DNA of 64,000 bases from Perna viridis (Eukaryota): contig CM074523.1 in the NCBI GenBank assembly GCA_037379345.1, forward strand, positions 4,038,525 to 4,102,524. Reading direction: 5' to 3'. The notes beneath the pieces are model-generated. The model had not been told where the DNA came from. It made no database searches and worked only from the letters and a program-made list of their open reading frames with translations. Shown in pieces: positions 23,798-38,679 of the stretch. Made by a program: the position numbers and the translations under genes. The first letter of the stretch is position 1; every line of letters starts with the position of its first letter.

Positions 23798-26700
23798 CTG
23801 TAAAAGAAAAAAGAAAATCTGTTGTACACAACTGTTATTCTTAATAAGTCAAAGCAATTCAATTAACATACTATATTTAATTTGAGTTAAGATCACCCAA
23901 AAAGCAAAAAACGGTCTAAAATCAAGCTTTAAATTGGCTAAGCACTGTTAAAATTTGTCCAAATACTCCCCTTACACTCTGAAGGCCCATTGAAAGATCT
24001 GGCTACAGGCCTGGAGCTTATAGAAAGACTCTGGTATGTTGGAGTAAGGTTCACTAAGGTTCAGTTTCAATTGCATAATGATGTAATTATTATCACTCTA
24101 TACAGAATTTCCATGCCTTAATATACTATCATAATAACTAGACCTTTTGTCTGATCACTTAGAAGATTTGTTCTAATCAAATTCCAAGCACAAATACACC
24201 AGCATAAAAAAATGCTCTTTGGCACTAGATGAAAATGTCTAATTTATACACAAACAGAAGCATTCCACTTCAAAGACATTTTTTCTTCCGTGGAATTTTA
24301 AGGTTATCATTTTCTTTGATTACAGTTGATAAAAAGTAAGTGAACAATACAAGATGGCATTTCTACTGACGTAAAAATCAGCAGGGTTAATTGGATGGCA
24401 AGGTCGACAGCTATAATACCAATAGTTGACCATTTTTTATTGTTTGAACTTCAGCCAATCATATTGTATAACTTGAAACAACAATGATCTAATCAGCAAG
24501 GTCAAGGTTAAAACTTGTAATATATCAACAATGGATTAGTGAAATCTATCAAGTAAAATAAAAAATTTATTCATATTTAATTGATATCACAAAATTCAAG
24601 TAATTCATAAAGAACTAAAAAGAAAGAAATATGCATGAAAACAACCCAGACTCGACAGATTCTGCTGGCTTGAAAAGAAAAGCTTGTGGCCAATAGGTTA
24701 AGTATCCTCAGCTTTTCTAGAAGGCGTTCATGTCCTTGAGTCATTAATAGTACACAAGAAAGTGACAAATTTTGTATAAAATAATTGGTCAACAGTAAAT
24801 TACAGAATTGTTCCAATTCCATTGTCAAATACAAATCTAACACCAGGTATATCACCCCATATGCATAAAAATGTCATTTCTATTAAGACTCAATATTCCT
24901 CAATTACTAACATATTTACGATAAAAAACTTTCCAGACCACTGCTACTTCTAATCCTCGTGATCTACAACATAGAGCTAACACAGAAAATCGTTCTCCTA
25001 TTTTAGGATATTTTTAATTTCCCTTTATGTATTTATTTTCCATTGTATCCTTGTGGCGACACATTTTTGCCCTTGTTTAATCAATTGTGAAAATATCATC
25101 TATTTTCAATTCGTCATCCGGTTGACATGGACATCGATTGCACAATCAAAGACAGAGGACATTTATCCCTTAACTAAATCATTGCAACGACTGAAATGGA
25201 CGATCTATTGTAAAATCAAAGCTAAATTTGTGACCTTTAAAAAGCTGTTTCACATTATGACCATTGTACATTTTTTTTTTTTTTACAAATTTTATTATTG
25301 TTGAAATCCAGGACTTTTGACCTGACTTAAAGTACAAAGCCTAAATATAACTCTTTAAGTGATTGTGGTCATACCCATGTCATAATGATGCATTGAATAT
25401 TTTTTTTCCTTTAACCCCCATTGAAATTGAACCTGTACACCAAGAGATAATGTGTGACCCAGGAGGGGGGGGGGTCTGAACCCTACCTTTTGTTGGAAAA
25501 TTTTGTTAGTTTTGGATCTGTCTCTTTTTTCAAGATATAAATAGAAAGGAAGAAAAGTTCAGTTACAAAACTGATTTTGCTTCATTTGAAAAAAATCAGT
25601 CGACAAAATTTCAACAACTACAAATATTTACATATGACCTCAGGATTATTCCTTTTTTTCAACTAAAAATTCCAGATCAGTCAAAATGATGGAGCTCTTG
25701 TATGGCCAATTAAGCAATAATCCAAACACAGACAATAGACTATTAGCTGAATACTTATTCTTATAGAATTACATAGCTACTTTAAGAGAATAGAGCCTTC
25801 AGACTTTAGATATTGTGTCACTATGTAATAAGTAATTCCCTCATCCCTAATAAAACCTTTCAACTGAGTAGTAATTGTGAAGAAATGTGTTGGAAGGAAA
25901 TTACAAGGAAAAGTGCATTATCAGCAAAATTGGTTGTATTTGGTAATTTTACAAATGTCTGGGAGATTTAAGTCACTCTGAAGGAAAGCAATATTTAAAA
26001 TGAAATGCAATTAAAAAAGTTAAAAACAGTAACTTAAAAACATGGTGTCAAAGGTCATATATCTTAATTTCATAACTCAAGGCCAGCAATGCTTTATTCT
26101 TATTAAATGACAAACTGTCATCTTAAATAACTTTAATAAACAAGGCACTGTTGTCTTGTTTGGCTTAGCTATGAATACCATAAATATCATTTACCCCTGA
26201 AAATATTTATACTTAATCAAGGTACCAACCAATCAATTTCTGCATCTGAAGAAATGCTGATTCAGCAATTTAATTGTCACTGAAGTCCTTTCTAAATAGA
26301 AAACTGTCATTCAATCTTTATGATTTTCAAGGAAGCCATTTATATTTGGTTAAACTGCTTAAATACTTAATGACAATCAGCTAAGATTTGTCACCTACCT
26401 TAATTAGTACCTTACCTTGAAAAATTTTAACATTCCCAAAAATGTGAACCAATGAAAAAAAATTTCAATGCAATAATCCCATCAATGGCATAAAATCCAA
26501 ATTTCCCATGACCGTAATTGAGTGAGAGGCGAATGTAAATGTCCACAGAAAACCTACATCCTATCGACTTTTACATAAGTCTAAAATTATCTACCAGCTC
26601 ATCGTTACTTAACACAAACCAATTTCTACAGATAAACTCCAAGAAACATCCAATAAATGTTACAGTATTGATCAGGAATTGGGTAAATCTTTCCATCAGT

Positions 26701-27045
26701 CTGACCACATTATCTATGGACAACACTTTCACTAGTGTCTGACAGTGTTATTTATGGACAACATTGTCCACACCAATTATTTCAGATTAAACTGACCAGT
26801 TTGACCAAGGCTCTGGATTATGATGACCTTTTGATTAAAGGAATGATTTCCAAAGTTCAAGTTCGCCATTCATCTCCATCTTTCTTGACAATAATTCTAT
26901 TTATGCATTTACATGAGGATAAGCAATATTTGATAATAAGGAAAGATTTCCAAATTAATCTTCATGATGGTGTTAACAAAGAGGTTGACAAGTCAAGGTT
27001 TCTATTATAAAAGGCACACTATAAATACTGTGAAAGGTGTCTACA

Positions 27046-27266
27046 CATACAGTACACAAAGAGACGACCGTGACTGATCACCAACATAGTGGTACTCCCC
27101 TCTGAGAGTGGTAGCTAATAACACTATTATTGTTTAAGATTTCTTTCTAATTCTTTTTGGAAGTAAAGTTGGCCATAATAAAATAAACTGTGGGTTACCA
27201 CTCACCGAGTGGTGTACCACTATGCCAGTGATCAGTTATGGTATGTTTCTTTCTATACTGTATATG
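27046..27266. mobile_element. Degenerate foldback MITE (~70-85-bp imperfect inverted arms)
   Basis: tacagtacacaaagagacgaccgtgactgatcacc...agtggtagc pairs with gttaccactc...gtgatcagttatggtatgtttctttctatactgta. Confidence 0.7.
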
Positions 27267-27402
27267 CATCAACAAAAAAACCTGTATAATTCATTCACAT
27301 TCCTTCTTGTCTGTAGCCATGCATTTTGAACCTGTATAAACTACACATTTGTCATAGCTAAAGAAAATTCTAGTTCTTGGTTTCATTGTTCAGCAAACAA
27401 TT

Positions 27403-27547
27403 GAAAATACAGCCAGAACAGTACCAAAACCTGATTTAATCAATCATGTAGGAAATACAGCCTAAACAGTACCAAAACCTGATTTAACCAATCATGAAGA
27501 AAATACAGTAAAACTAGCCTGAATGTTACCTACTTTAACCAATCATG
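27403..27547. repeat. ~48-bp tandem repeat (2 good copies, 1 decayed)
   Basis: aaatacagcc..aacagtaccaaaacctgatttaa.caatcatg is repeated. Confidence 0.8.
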
Positions 27548-27991
27548 CTGAGAAATCTAGTCATTTTCAATTTGGTCAGAATAATAATAATAATAATAAT
27601 AAAAAAACATTACAAACCAAAAACTTTAGTTTAATAATTTGGTAATGACAGGATTCAGAGTTTGTCAGTCTGAATCTTTACTTACTTTAATAATAGAAAA
27701 TTATTTCCTTAAAAGTTTGCACTCCCTTGTTTTATCCAACAATATCATTGTGTGTCCAGAATATGAACTAATTCCCAAGTTATAAGCCTAGAGGGCAGAC
27801 AGTCATGGTCAAACTCTGACCATTAACAAAATCTTGTGGTCAGAAAAAAATTCCCATTATTTTTGTAGTCTAATTAGTTCTTTGTTATCCTTAAACATGA
27901 CACTAACTAATGTTCTATGAAATAATCCATTTTTCTTCTTGGAGGTGTTGAAACACACATTAATCTAAAGGTAATCAGATAGAGAAATAGA

Positions 27992-28148
27992 AGGATATGG
28001 TACAAAATGTGTAAGATTTTAGACCACAATGCTATTCTTGTCGTAATTTACTTTTGGGAATCATATCACTAGGATATGGTACAAAATGTGTAAGATTTTA
28101 GACCACAATGCTATTCTTGTCGTAATTTACTTTTGGGAATCATATCAC
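27992..28148. repeat. Recent tandem duplication, 79-bp period
   Basis: aggatatggtac...catatcac is present twice and is identical over 78 bp. Confidence 0.95.
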
Positions 28149-29106
28149 AAGGAGTTCAGATTGAATATTAATATTGAATATTAGACCACTCTCCATTGTA
28201 TATACAGACTAATGGCAGTTTTGAAGTCAAGACAAAAAAATATCACAGCAAACTTATCCAGCAAAATGTGATGCTCTGTTTAGGACTCCTACAATGGATC
28301 TTTTTCCAATTGCAATTGTCACATTTATGTGAAATAATTTAGTCATTGGCTATATTGCCAATTGGTTTTAATTAAGCCAGAGATAGAAAATTTCAGGCTA
28401 CTAGTAAGATCAATGGAAAAACCATTAGGCCAAAAAAAAAAAAGAAAAAAAGAAATAAAATAAAATAAATAAATAAATAAAAAATAATATGTCTGTTTCC
28501 TGCTATCCTACCAACCCAATTCTTTTTGTGTCTACCATAAACATTTTATGGCTATTTTGGTTCAAGCACTGTTAAAGTCTAGATTGTTCCCCCATTAACT
28601 CAATGTTAAATGTTTTTGAAAATAAAATAACTTCCCTACCTACCTTATTTTTTTCCTTTTTTGCCTTAAATTCGCGATAAAATAAATTTTATATATGCCA
28701 TTTAACTGTACAACTATATTTAAAGAAAGCTGTCACAGCCCAATAGGAAATGTAAACCTGATCATGATATACTGGACCCAATAAATGTCTGGCCTATCAA
28801 GTCCACTCACACCAATAAACCTAGGTAACTCCTATATCAATACATTGTACTAGGTTTCTATGATCAGTGTCAATAATATATCAATCCATGGTTGTCCTGA
28901 TAAAAGGAAGCTGTTTTATGTCCTAATGACCTGTCTGCACTAAACCTACCATGGTTTTTAAGGTTCACATGCATTTTTTTCTTCAAATCATTGAATAAGG
29001 GTAAATAAAATATCTAAAATAACTTGTAAATGTAAAATTTGAGTACTGTAAACATTCTACATTCCAGTAGGTATAATTCTACGACTTACATTTTCACCTT
29101 ATTATT

Positions 29107-29336
29107 GGCGAGTGTTTCTAGAAAAGCAGAGGACGCTTACCCTACCAGTGCACCAGGCCCATGATCCCAGTTTTTAGTGGAGTCTGAGTTGCTCACTTAC
29201 TTTTGTTACTTTGTATGTATGATTTTAGTTACTTTATGTTCTTTGTTGTGTATGTCTGTTTTCCATGTCTGGTCTTTGTCTTTGGATTGTATTTTTTTTA
29301 TTACCACTATAACCTTGGTTCCCTTGATTACTCTTT
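29107..29336 (+). mobile_element. Solo 3'-tail copy of the Penelope-like element
   Basis: Near-identical to 23063-23291 (gtttctagaaaagcagagga...ataaccttggttcccttgattactctt). Confidence 0.9.
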
Positions 29337-31643
29337 CATTATATTAAGGTATCAATGGTAAAAATCAAATTTATTCTATCAAAACAAAACCACCCTAAAA
29401 TGTATCTATTTTTATATACATATTTTCTGATCTTCTGTTTTCATTTACAGCATCAATAACTAAAACCAATACACAACTTATCAATCATCAGAGAATGTTC
29501 TAAGTACAAAGATTAATGAAAATCTGTCAAGAAAAGAAGCTTACAGAGAAAATTAAGAAGTAGTATCTCTCACACTGACATAATCCTCTCACATCATGGC
29601 TCATCTATAGCATCTGACAGCAAGGCCTGGGGAATGAAGTATCATTTAATATGGAGGGATTTAACAAGGTAGAGTTTTCTTAGGATATTATCATAGGGAC
29701 ACTAATCACAAGGTGATGGCTCTGTCTTAGTAACTCCTAAAGTTCTAGCATTGATTGAACAAGTTTTTAAGAAGGTTTACCAATAGTTTAAGTTCCTATG
29801 AGGGCCAAATGATATTGAGCAAGGCAATAGTATTTAGAATGTATAATAAATTTAATGGAATTTAAGTCTAAAATCAGATTTTGTAACATAGCAAATCAAT
29901 CTGGTTATTAACAGCCAATTTAACTATCTTTTTTGTGCTAATTTTTAGCTTAAAAAAATCTGAAAGAATCCATAAATGGAATTATCTGCCTTGTTGCTAG
30001 AAATTCCTGAAACCAGGTTACTATAGAGCACTTTAAATATGTACAGACTCAAGTCACTCTACAAAACAATATCAAAGGACTTCCTGTTGTGGTAATAGAA
30101 TAAAAACAAATGGCAAACCTCTGCACTCTAAATCTAAGGACATTTCAAAGACATTTCCTGTTGATATGAATTGATAACATCTAGTGTGAGAGGTCATTGT
30201 AGTCCTGGGGAACAGGGAACAAATCCAAGTCAATTGTTTTTCATACTTCCTGTTTTATAAGATTCTAATGTTCTATCTACAACTCATGTCTACATTGTGT
30301 AGAAATACATTGCCAACTCGAGAAATCAAAACATATCATTTAGTCACATAGTAAAAACAAATTTTGTTATCATAGATTGATCCAAGGGGATGAAACCTTC
30401 CCCCATCCCCCTTATGGAAAAAGCTCTGCTGACTTAATTTTATAGAAAAAAAGAAGGAAATCAGTGGAGGCTGAGCCTTCCTTATCATAGTTTCAGGCTC
30501 TACCACTGATCATGGTTTGGGCAGGTTGTCATGTCTAGCTGTACAAAATTGCTATTGAGTCTGGACAAAAACTTATAATTTTTCTGTTCCAAACTTAATG
30601 GGGGTCAAATACTATCAACAAATTCAAACTTGAAGAATTTGATTTAAATTTTCATCTTTCCCTGAACCATTTAATTAAACAACATCCAATTAATGTTCTT
30701 TCATTCATGTATTTTTTTTTCAAATTTTTGTTCAATCAATTGACTAACCTGAAATTTGAACATGTCTCAAATAAATCCTTCTTCCACTTCAAAACCTCAT
30801 AAATAACAAGCCATAACAGAACTCATTGAGCTCCATGTTATAAATTATACTACCTTCATACTGAAGCCCTCAAATCCAACCTCTGCTAAGGGTCATGCAC
30901 TGATGTACCCCTCCCTAATCAAATTAATACAATTATCAGCCTAACAAAGTATGACATTAGAAATTGTTTATAGAAAATAAAGCACAAAACTCTTATAAAC
31001 TCATCAATTTTTGGATCTCACACAGAAATAGATTCCACTAATCTTTGTCTTATCTTTTATTTTTCATGTGGAGATTAGGAATGTATGGAAACAAGGCCTG
31101 GACTGGTTTAAAAGTGTGTTCTTCACATTAGGCAGTGCAGATGCACTGACCATATCTTACAAGAAAAATATGAAGTTAAAGCCCTTGTCACCAAGAAGTA
31201 TTTATACACATGAAATAATCTTCTAGGAAAAGAAATGACTTTTCCATTCATTTCTTTTTTGGCAGGAAATAATGGCTATAGCAAAATTGATGACTTCATT
31301 GAATTACACTTTTTATCTGAAATATAAACCAAAGAAAGTTACAGACTCTAGAAGCAATGTCACCAACTTGAACCACATCACCCATCCATTCCAAGTCTGA
31401 TTTTATCCATACCAATACTAATATCATTGGAATTCGATGATTTGACAGGCACCCCCATGGAGAGAATGACCACCCTACAGATTAACAGTACAGATACAAG
31501 TGCCAATAATGACTGGGTAATTAATATTAGAGATATGAGGTGTATAGAGATATAACTAGATTTGACATATTCCATTTTATACTGATACTGACAAGTTACT
31601 TTGACACTGAACATGACTCCACTGACATTGTCATATTTGTCAT

Positions 31644-31795
31644 AAATTACATGATAAATGTGTGTATTGGATGTGTAACCCCCTTCCCATTTAATTACAT
31701 GATAAATGTGTGTGTATTGGATGTAACCCTCTTTCCCATGAATTTTACTGTTTATAAAGATCCATGAGTGTTTACTGGATGTAACGCTCCCTCCA
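31644..31795. repeat. ~48-bp degenerate tandem repeat
   Basis: aattacatgataaatgtgtgtattggatgt..aacc occurs twice plus a third partial copy. Confidence 0.75.
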
Positions 31796-32128
31796 ATGTA
31801 TTTTACAGTTTATGTTTCACCAATACATATATCAAGATAGAACAGTGTAGAAGTTGTGCTTGATACGAAAAAAAAATGTTAGACTTGGTGGTAGATGGAG
31901 GAGAATCTTGGGAAGGACCAAAACCCTCATGCAAAATTTTGTTGCCAGCATGCAAAATTTTGGCAAAAACAAGCGAAAAAATGTCTGAATGCCTTTGTCA
32001 TGTCCACATTCCACTCCCTGTTTCTTTAAATACAGAATACTAAGCAAGCTTAGAAGAATGTTCTATGCTCTGGCCTAGTTATATAGAATACTAAGCAAGC
32101 CCTGAAGATTGTTCTATGCTCTGGCCTA

Positions 32129-32309
32129 CCCACCTCTCCCTATTTCCAGTGGCAATCAAAATTTGTCGACCCCATTATCCTTGTGTCCCATCAAATTTTT
32201 TATTTCATCATCATTTCATGTTCATTTTATCATCCACTTCATGTTCATCACCTGAATATAGCTGAAATATTGCTGCTCGGGCATTAAACCCCAACAATCA
32301 ATCAATCAA
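32129..32309 (+). mobile_element. 3' end of a 5'-truncated non-LTR element (LINE/SINE tail) with (CAAT)n tail and 16-bp TSD
   Basis: Ends gctgaaatattgctgctcgggcattaaaccccaacaatcaatcaatcaa. Flanked by tctatgctctggccta (32113-32128) and tctatgctctgaccta (32310-32325). Confidence 0.75.
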
Positions 32310-35300
32310 TCTATGCTCTGACCTAGTTTATCCAACTGCTCTGACCTAGTTCATCCTACTGTAGACAAATAAACTACCAGTATACAAAGTCCATAAATCA
32401 AAGACGTATGATTAATAAACATGTCCCCCACAAAATAACAATGAATAACCAAGGATATTATACATTAAGGTAATAAAAACTATCAATTTTATAAGTTTGA
32501 ACTGATAAGCATTGGATTATAAATCAATCAATGCAATCCAAATGATCATCTCTGACAATATATAATCTATCAATTAGATTTTCTTATACCCTACCTTTTT
32601 CCGAGTCCTAGCCATTTCCTGGAATAATGTAAGACGCAACATATCCACAAAATATGTATCTTTCTTTTGCAAGAAGGCTGTCACAGAAATTCCAAACACA
32701 AATTGTAAAACAAACTGTTAATAACTTGTACATGTATTACTACAAATGCATGTATGCTGTATTGAAATATCCATGCAATGTTAACATAAGAGAATAATTA
32801 ATTGAACCTTACACTTTCCAAAGTGCAAAACACTTCAGACCAATCTGAACTATAAATGAGTCCAAAATTTCTTTTCTTTTGAAAAAAAAAAAAAATATAT
32901 ATATCCTGATAAAAATAGATCAACAGTTACAATGCACCATTTTTCCTAGCTATATTGAGTTGTATTTCCCACTATCAAAGGAGAGTAAATAAATATTTCC
33001 TGGCTAATTTTAAGAACTAAAATACAATGCAGGAAGTCCACTCCTAAAGGAGACACAATAGGAAGATACTTCTGATGGTCAAGAAGTGTTGGAGGTGTGA
33101 AAGAAACCACGAAGATCATAAATAACCAGCCAACAATCCTTATGTTCATTAGCCAATGAAGTACAAGATGCTAGATGTCAATTTTCTTCCATAAAGAACT
33201 TCAAATGAACATTACTCATAAGTCATAAAGAATTCACAAAGATGTCCAGCCAGCATTGCTGATGTTATTTGGCAGTAAGATAGTATTTCAACATTCCATC
33301 TGTGAGAACTGAAGGTATCAAAGAGAACTGATTCCCAACCCATACCATGGCTCCTTCAGAGAATTTTATCTCAAGTTCCTGTTTTTGATTAAAAGCTTGG
33401 TTTTATGAATTGATTTAACAGTTCCTCATTTTGACAGGAAGTTTAATCCTTGGAATAAGGGAGGAATCTCCACTCCCCATCAAGTACTACACTTATATCC
33501 TTTCACTTAAGTTCCCTCCAGATTGAGTTTGGCCTATCCCTCAATCGACAGCCACTAAACCAGGTTTGATACAGGAAACATAACAATTTGAATGACTGGG
33601 AAGGATTATAGTACTGTAGTAACACAGCATCTCACCACAACACTTAATCCACTTAGGTATAACACTTGTGATTAAGTTAATCATTAGCTTCGATACTGAA
33701 AAGAGTACTGAGGTTTGTTGTGTTTCAACCAAAGGATGCTCAACACTGCAAATTCTCAGTAACTTGACTATAGATGGGTTATACATCTATGTTATCCCTT
33801 ACAGTAATAGCTGATGCTATCAAATAGCTACTACTGTACAAGTTATATAAATATGAACAACCACAGATTTTGTTTCAAGAATGTATCGATACACCTATGA
33901 AAACACAGTCCTAGACTATACTCTATGTATGAATGATCCTGTCAGAACTGACCATTGACACTTCACACTGTGGAGGATTTACATTGGCTTTATACATTAG
34001 CCCCTAACAAGAGTTAATATGAGTAATGGGCATGTCACCACATGTAAGAAAGGGCACCTGCTCACAAACACACCTCACATATATTTATCACCACTCTAGT
34101 TAAACACCTGTGTCAAAAATCATTTTTACCTGTTGGCATTGAGGTTTAATTGCAATTTGTCTTACCTGACATAAGTATGTTATGGAAAGTTGTTAATTAA
34201 AGTAGATATATGTGTAACTAATTAATTGACTAATATAATCATAAGTGGGGACTTAAATGTTTTTTATTCATCATAATTGTTCAATTATGTAGTGAACTGA
34301 TTACATTCATGAATTAATGTGTTTTCTTTGTCACAATACATTTGCACTGTAAATGTTTTCATACTAAGCATGTGACATATGTTTAACATGTGTAAGGATA
34401 TTTGATGCATTTAGAAACATGCTTAAAAAATAAACATGCATTTTTGCCAAGTAGATGTATTCTCGTTTTTTTAATTAACAGAAACACAATGTGCATATTC
34501 ATGAAAAGTGAAAAAAATATCAATTGCTTCAAAAATACAAAAAAATTAGTTTTTAATTCATTATTTTTTTTTTTTATAAAACTTACCAACTTTTGTGAAA
34601 AAAAATCCTGACTTTCCTGCTTGATATACAATGAAGACTGTTAAGTTGATTTCATACCAATTTATGAACATTTAAAAACTAGCTACCAGCATTAATTAAT
34701 AACTTCCCTAAAGAAACTTGCTGCTATAAATTCTATTTTAGCTTGCATTTAGAATGACTCTTTAAAAGATTAAAAGCATAGCAATTTAGAATGTATTGCG
34801 ATTCACAAATAAAAATTTATTTACATCTAAATAACTAATTCAATTTTAGCTAGATTTTTTTTCTGACTTTATGAAATATCTCAATTGTAAGTGCTTTTGA
34901 AAAACTAAATCAAGTTCCATACTTAATTCTTCCTCACCCTGTTTTACTCAATAATAAAAAGATATATTTAACTGTCTGATAGCCCATTTAGTAAAATTAG
35001 ATTAAAAGACTTTTAAAAACACAGATAAAATAGCCCCAACATTCTTAATGAAATAAAAGATGGAGATCAAGAAAAATATATAAAACCTCAATTGTCAGCC
35101 CACTTCCAAGTATAGAAACTTAAATTAAATCTGGTTTTTACTGAAGTATATTTATTCTTATTTTTTTATGAAATCAATGAATTTAATTCAACTTTATTTC
35201 CTGACTTATCAACATTCTGACCTATATTCTAGTAACTGACCTTTACTATTCAATGATAGTTGACCTATTAGATAATGACTAAGTTGACCTAATTTAAATC

Positions 35301-36732
35301 CTGACCTGAAGTGTCCTTGACAACATCAACTAATGCCAATAACAAAAGTTTTGGACATGTATTTCCAATATAATTCCTTCCATAATCAATGATGCACCAA
35401 TTAAAATTCAAAGAATTCCTTCCAAGGTCACATGTACTTTATGTAATATTTTTGGCTCAGATTGTGTTTTAAGTAACTGCAAAATTAACAAATATTTTGT
35501 TATTTTCAAATGAGGCAAAACTCAACAAAATAAACAAAACTTAGGAAAATAAACATACACAGAAATTCCGTTGTATGATTGCTAAAATCTTACGATGTCT
35601 GCTTGGCAAACTTTGGCAGTATTTGTTCGAAGATAATCAACCTATGTCTAAAAATTACATAAACTCATGTAAAACAATATATACTGTTTATACTAGGTCA
35701 CTAACCTTAGATTCTTGAGGCTTCTAGATATAAAATTAACATATGTACTTTAAATAATGATACTTCAATAAATGAATGCAAGTTACAATGTCAAACTTTG
35801 TTGAAAGACGAACCATATGGAAAACAAAACATTTTCTTTAGAGCATACATTTATCTTGCCTTCTTTCTTTGTAAGTCATGGCTTAATTGCCAACTTATCA
35901 AATTTTGTTCCTATTTTTAGAAGACATGTAAAAAGACCATGTGTATCTTTTAAAAGGCTTTCATTGCTAGTCACTAAAAAACTCCTCAACACCACTGGTT
36001 CAATGTCATGATAAGTTCCAGAAGGACCATACCTGTTAACCCTTCCACTCAACATTATGGAGAGACTCCAAAAAAAAAAAGAAATTAATAAAAAATTTAG
36101 AATCTCTGGCTTAAAAATATAAGATTTGTGGGATGTTTTTTTTTGTTATCGTGAAAAGTGCTTAAAAATTTTTTTTTGATAACTTTGCGACCAATGCAAA
36201 AATACCAGAAGTGCTATATTTAACTGTATCTAACTTTTCCATGAAATTCAAATGGTTTTGTTTTCCTTCCAACATATTTCTGTTAAAACTGTTTGTTTAT
36301 TGAATTTTCTCCAGAAACAAAAGGTTCATTTCCATTCAATCACATTATATATCAGGTAGTTTAGTTTTTTGCCCCATTAAAACTGGTAGTAACACTGTAT
36401 AATCATGTAGATCTAAATCATAGATCCAAATATAATGTAACTTTCTCCTTCATTTAACAAACAATTTTTTCACACTTTTTCGCACTTTGAAACAAATGTC
36501 TCGAAAGGGTTTAGTTTAATATCAATTAAACATCAGCACATTATGAAATATTTCCATTTTTTGGTCCTGCATTGTAATTATTTTTGTATTCAAGTGGCCA
36601 TTATCAAACTTGCCATTGGGTTATATTATACGGAGAGAAACCATTAATTATGGTGTGTTTTTTAATGAGGAAGTTCTTTCCAGTGCAATAACTTGGCCTA
36701 TAGCATAACCTTGTCTAGTAACACAACTTTAC

Positions 36733-36903
36733 CAGGGGCAGATCCAGGGTTTGAGTTTAGGGGGGTGTTAATTGAATTGAATGCTGTGCAAAGCAAGGCA
36801 AAAAATATTATGGGGTGAAAATAGTGGAGAAATATTTTTTCCTTACCGATTTAAGGGGGAAGGGGGCATACACCTGGTACGCCAGTCCTTGGATCTGTGC
36901 CTG
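36733..36903. mobile_element. MITE, caggggcagatccaggg TIR
   Basis: Left caggggcagatccaggg, right ccttggatctgtgcctg. tttac flanks both sides as a possible TSD. Confidence 0.7.
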
Positions 36904-38506
36904 TTTACCAAGAAATCTATTTTTTCAACTTGTTAAAATGGCAAAACATTTACCAGAAAATTCACTTTTCATGTCTTGTTTAAAGAAAGTCCAAAAATAG
37001 CTTTAAACTTTATTTTACAACAAATTACTTAAGTACTTGCAAAAAAAAAACCCAAATCCATATTTACAGTAACCAAAATTGATGAGGAACCTGATATGAA
37101 AAAGGGATACAACTCAAGCATTTCTGATATAGATTAGTTCATTTAATGACATAAAAATGACATGGATGCTTTGAAATGCTATAAAGATACACCAACATAA
37201 AATATTCCTATACAGAACATTAGCTTTATTGCAAGAGTGTTCACTAAATCTGCAAATATATAAAATAGCAATATACTGATTCACAAACATTTACAAAACA
37301 TAAATCATAAAATAATTCATAACATTCTTACAATTCCTTCAAGACATATAACATAATAAAACAACAGCATTCACTAATAATGAAAAGATTAGGTCATACA
37401 GGGGAGGTAATTAAGTCAGGATGCTATCACCTAAGGGGAGATAACTATCTACTCCGTATCAAGGGAGGAGGCATATATATTCTGCATTTTTGTTGAGGAT
37501 TTAATCAGGTGTAAAATGCCAAAGTTTTTTAATCTAACATCTGACAGATATTTGCATAAAATGTATTTTTTGCCATTTCAACAATGATTTGATGTAGGAT
37601 TAGGAGCCTTTAAAAATTCCAATCTGTCAAACAACCAGGAATGAATTCAATGAATGTAAAACTTGTTTTTCTTGTAACAATGATATTTGGGGGCACAGTA
37701 GCCATTGTGCTAAACTGTAGACCAGACACCTCTGTTGGTTGGAGTCCAGCAAGTGTACAGTTTTCCAGGACCCTATGTAGCTATAAGGTTCTAGTTACTC
37801 CCACAATGGACAACATTTTCTAATCTCATTGATAGGTAGAGCTGAACTTATTGAATGGTAAATAAACCAACATGTTTAAACTAACAGACAGACAGAACTT
37901 AAAAATTCGGTAGTCACAAGGGTCCAGACTCTATTAACTGCTTACAACTTGAAACATTGTAAACAATAGACAAATATAAGGACTAACCTCATTGTATTCA
38001 TCAGCTAAAAAGTAACAGCACCAATATTATCAATACACCATCATATCCTCAACAGCTTCTCCAAAAACTCATTGCTGTAAGAGATTCTTGGTTACCTTAC
38101 ATCATTTTATTACTGATTAATACTACATTAAGGCCATTTCACATTCAGTACTAAATTGACTACAAAATCCTTTTCATCTCAAGGGCTTGATTTAACATAC
38201 AACACTTACTAGTCTTAGAATGGCATAATTTTCATACCCATGGTTTTTAATCTTGCATTTTCATCAAAGAATCACATTTTCACATCATAATAGCATATAA
38301 GTGCCTAATTGCATCACTTTAGAACAGTAATCAAAGGGATTTAAATTGCAGTTGGTTGTATCATTTATAAAGTCCTTGTTGTGATGCATTGTACAGTGGA
38401 ACATATTAAAATCACTTCTAACATTTAAGATTTGTGTAGACCAAACTCATGTAGATACTTAGCTTAGAACCTTCTGAGTTCAGACCCAAATTGGTACAAA
38501 CCAAAA

Positions 38507-38679
38507 CCAAATACCTGAACCACGGTATACATAAATCTTCAGGCACAAATTTGTAAAAAAAAACAATCACTAGCTCAAACCAAGCTTTATCTTCAATAAA
38601 GCTTGGTTTGAGCTAGTGATTGTTTTTTTTTACAAATTTGTGCCTGAAGATTTATGTATACCGTGGTTCAGGTATTTGG
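38507..38679. repeat. Perfect inverted repeat, 84-bp arms with 5-nt loop
   Basis: 38507-38590 is the exact reverse complement of 38596-38679, including an A9/T9 run. Loop is cttca. Confidence 0.95.
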
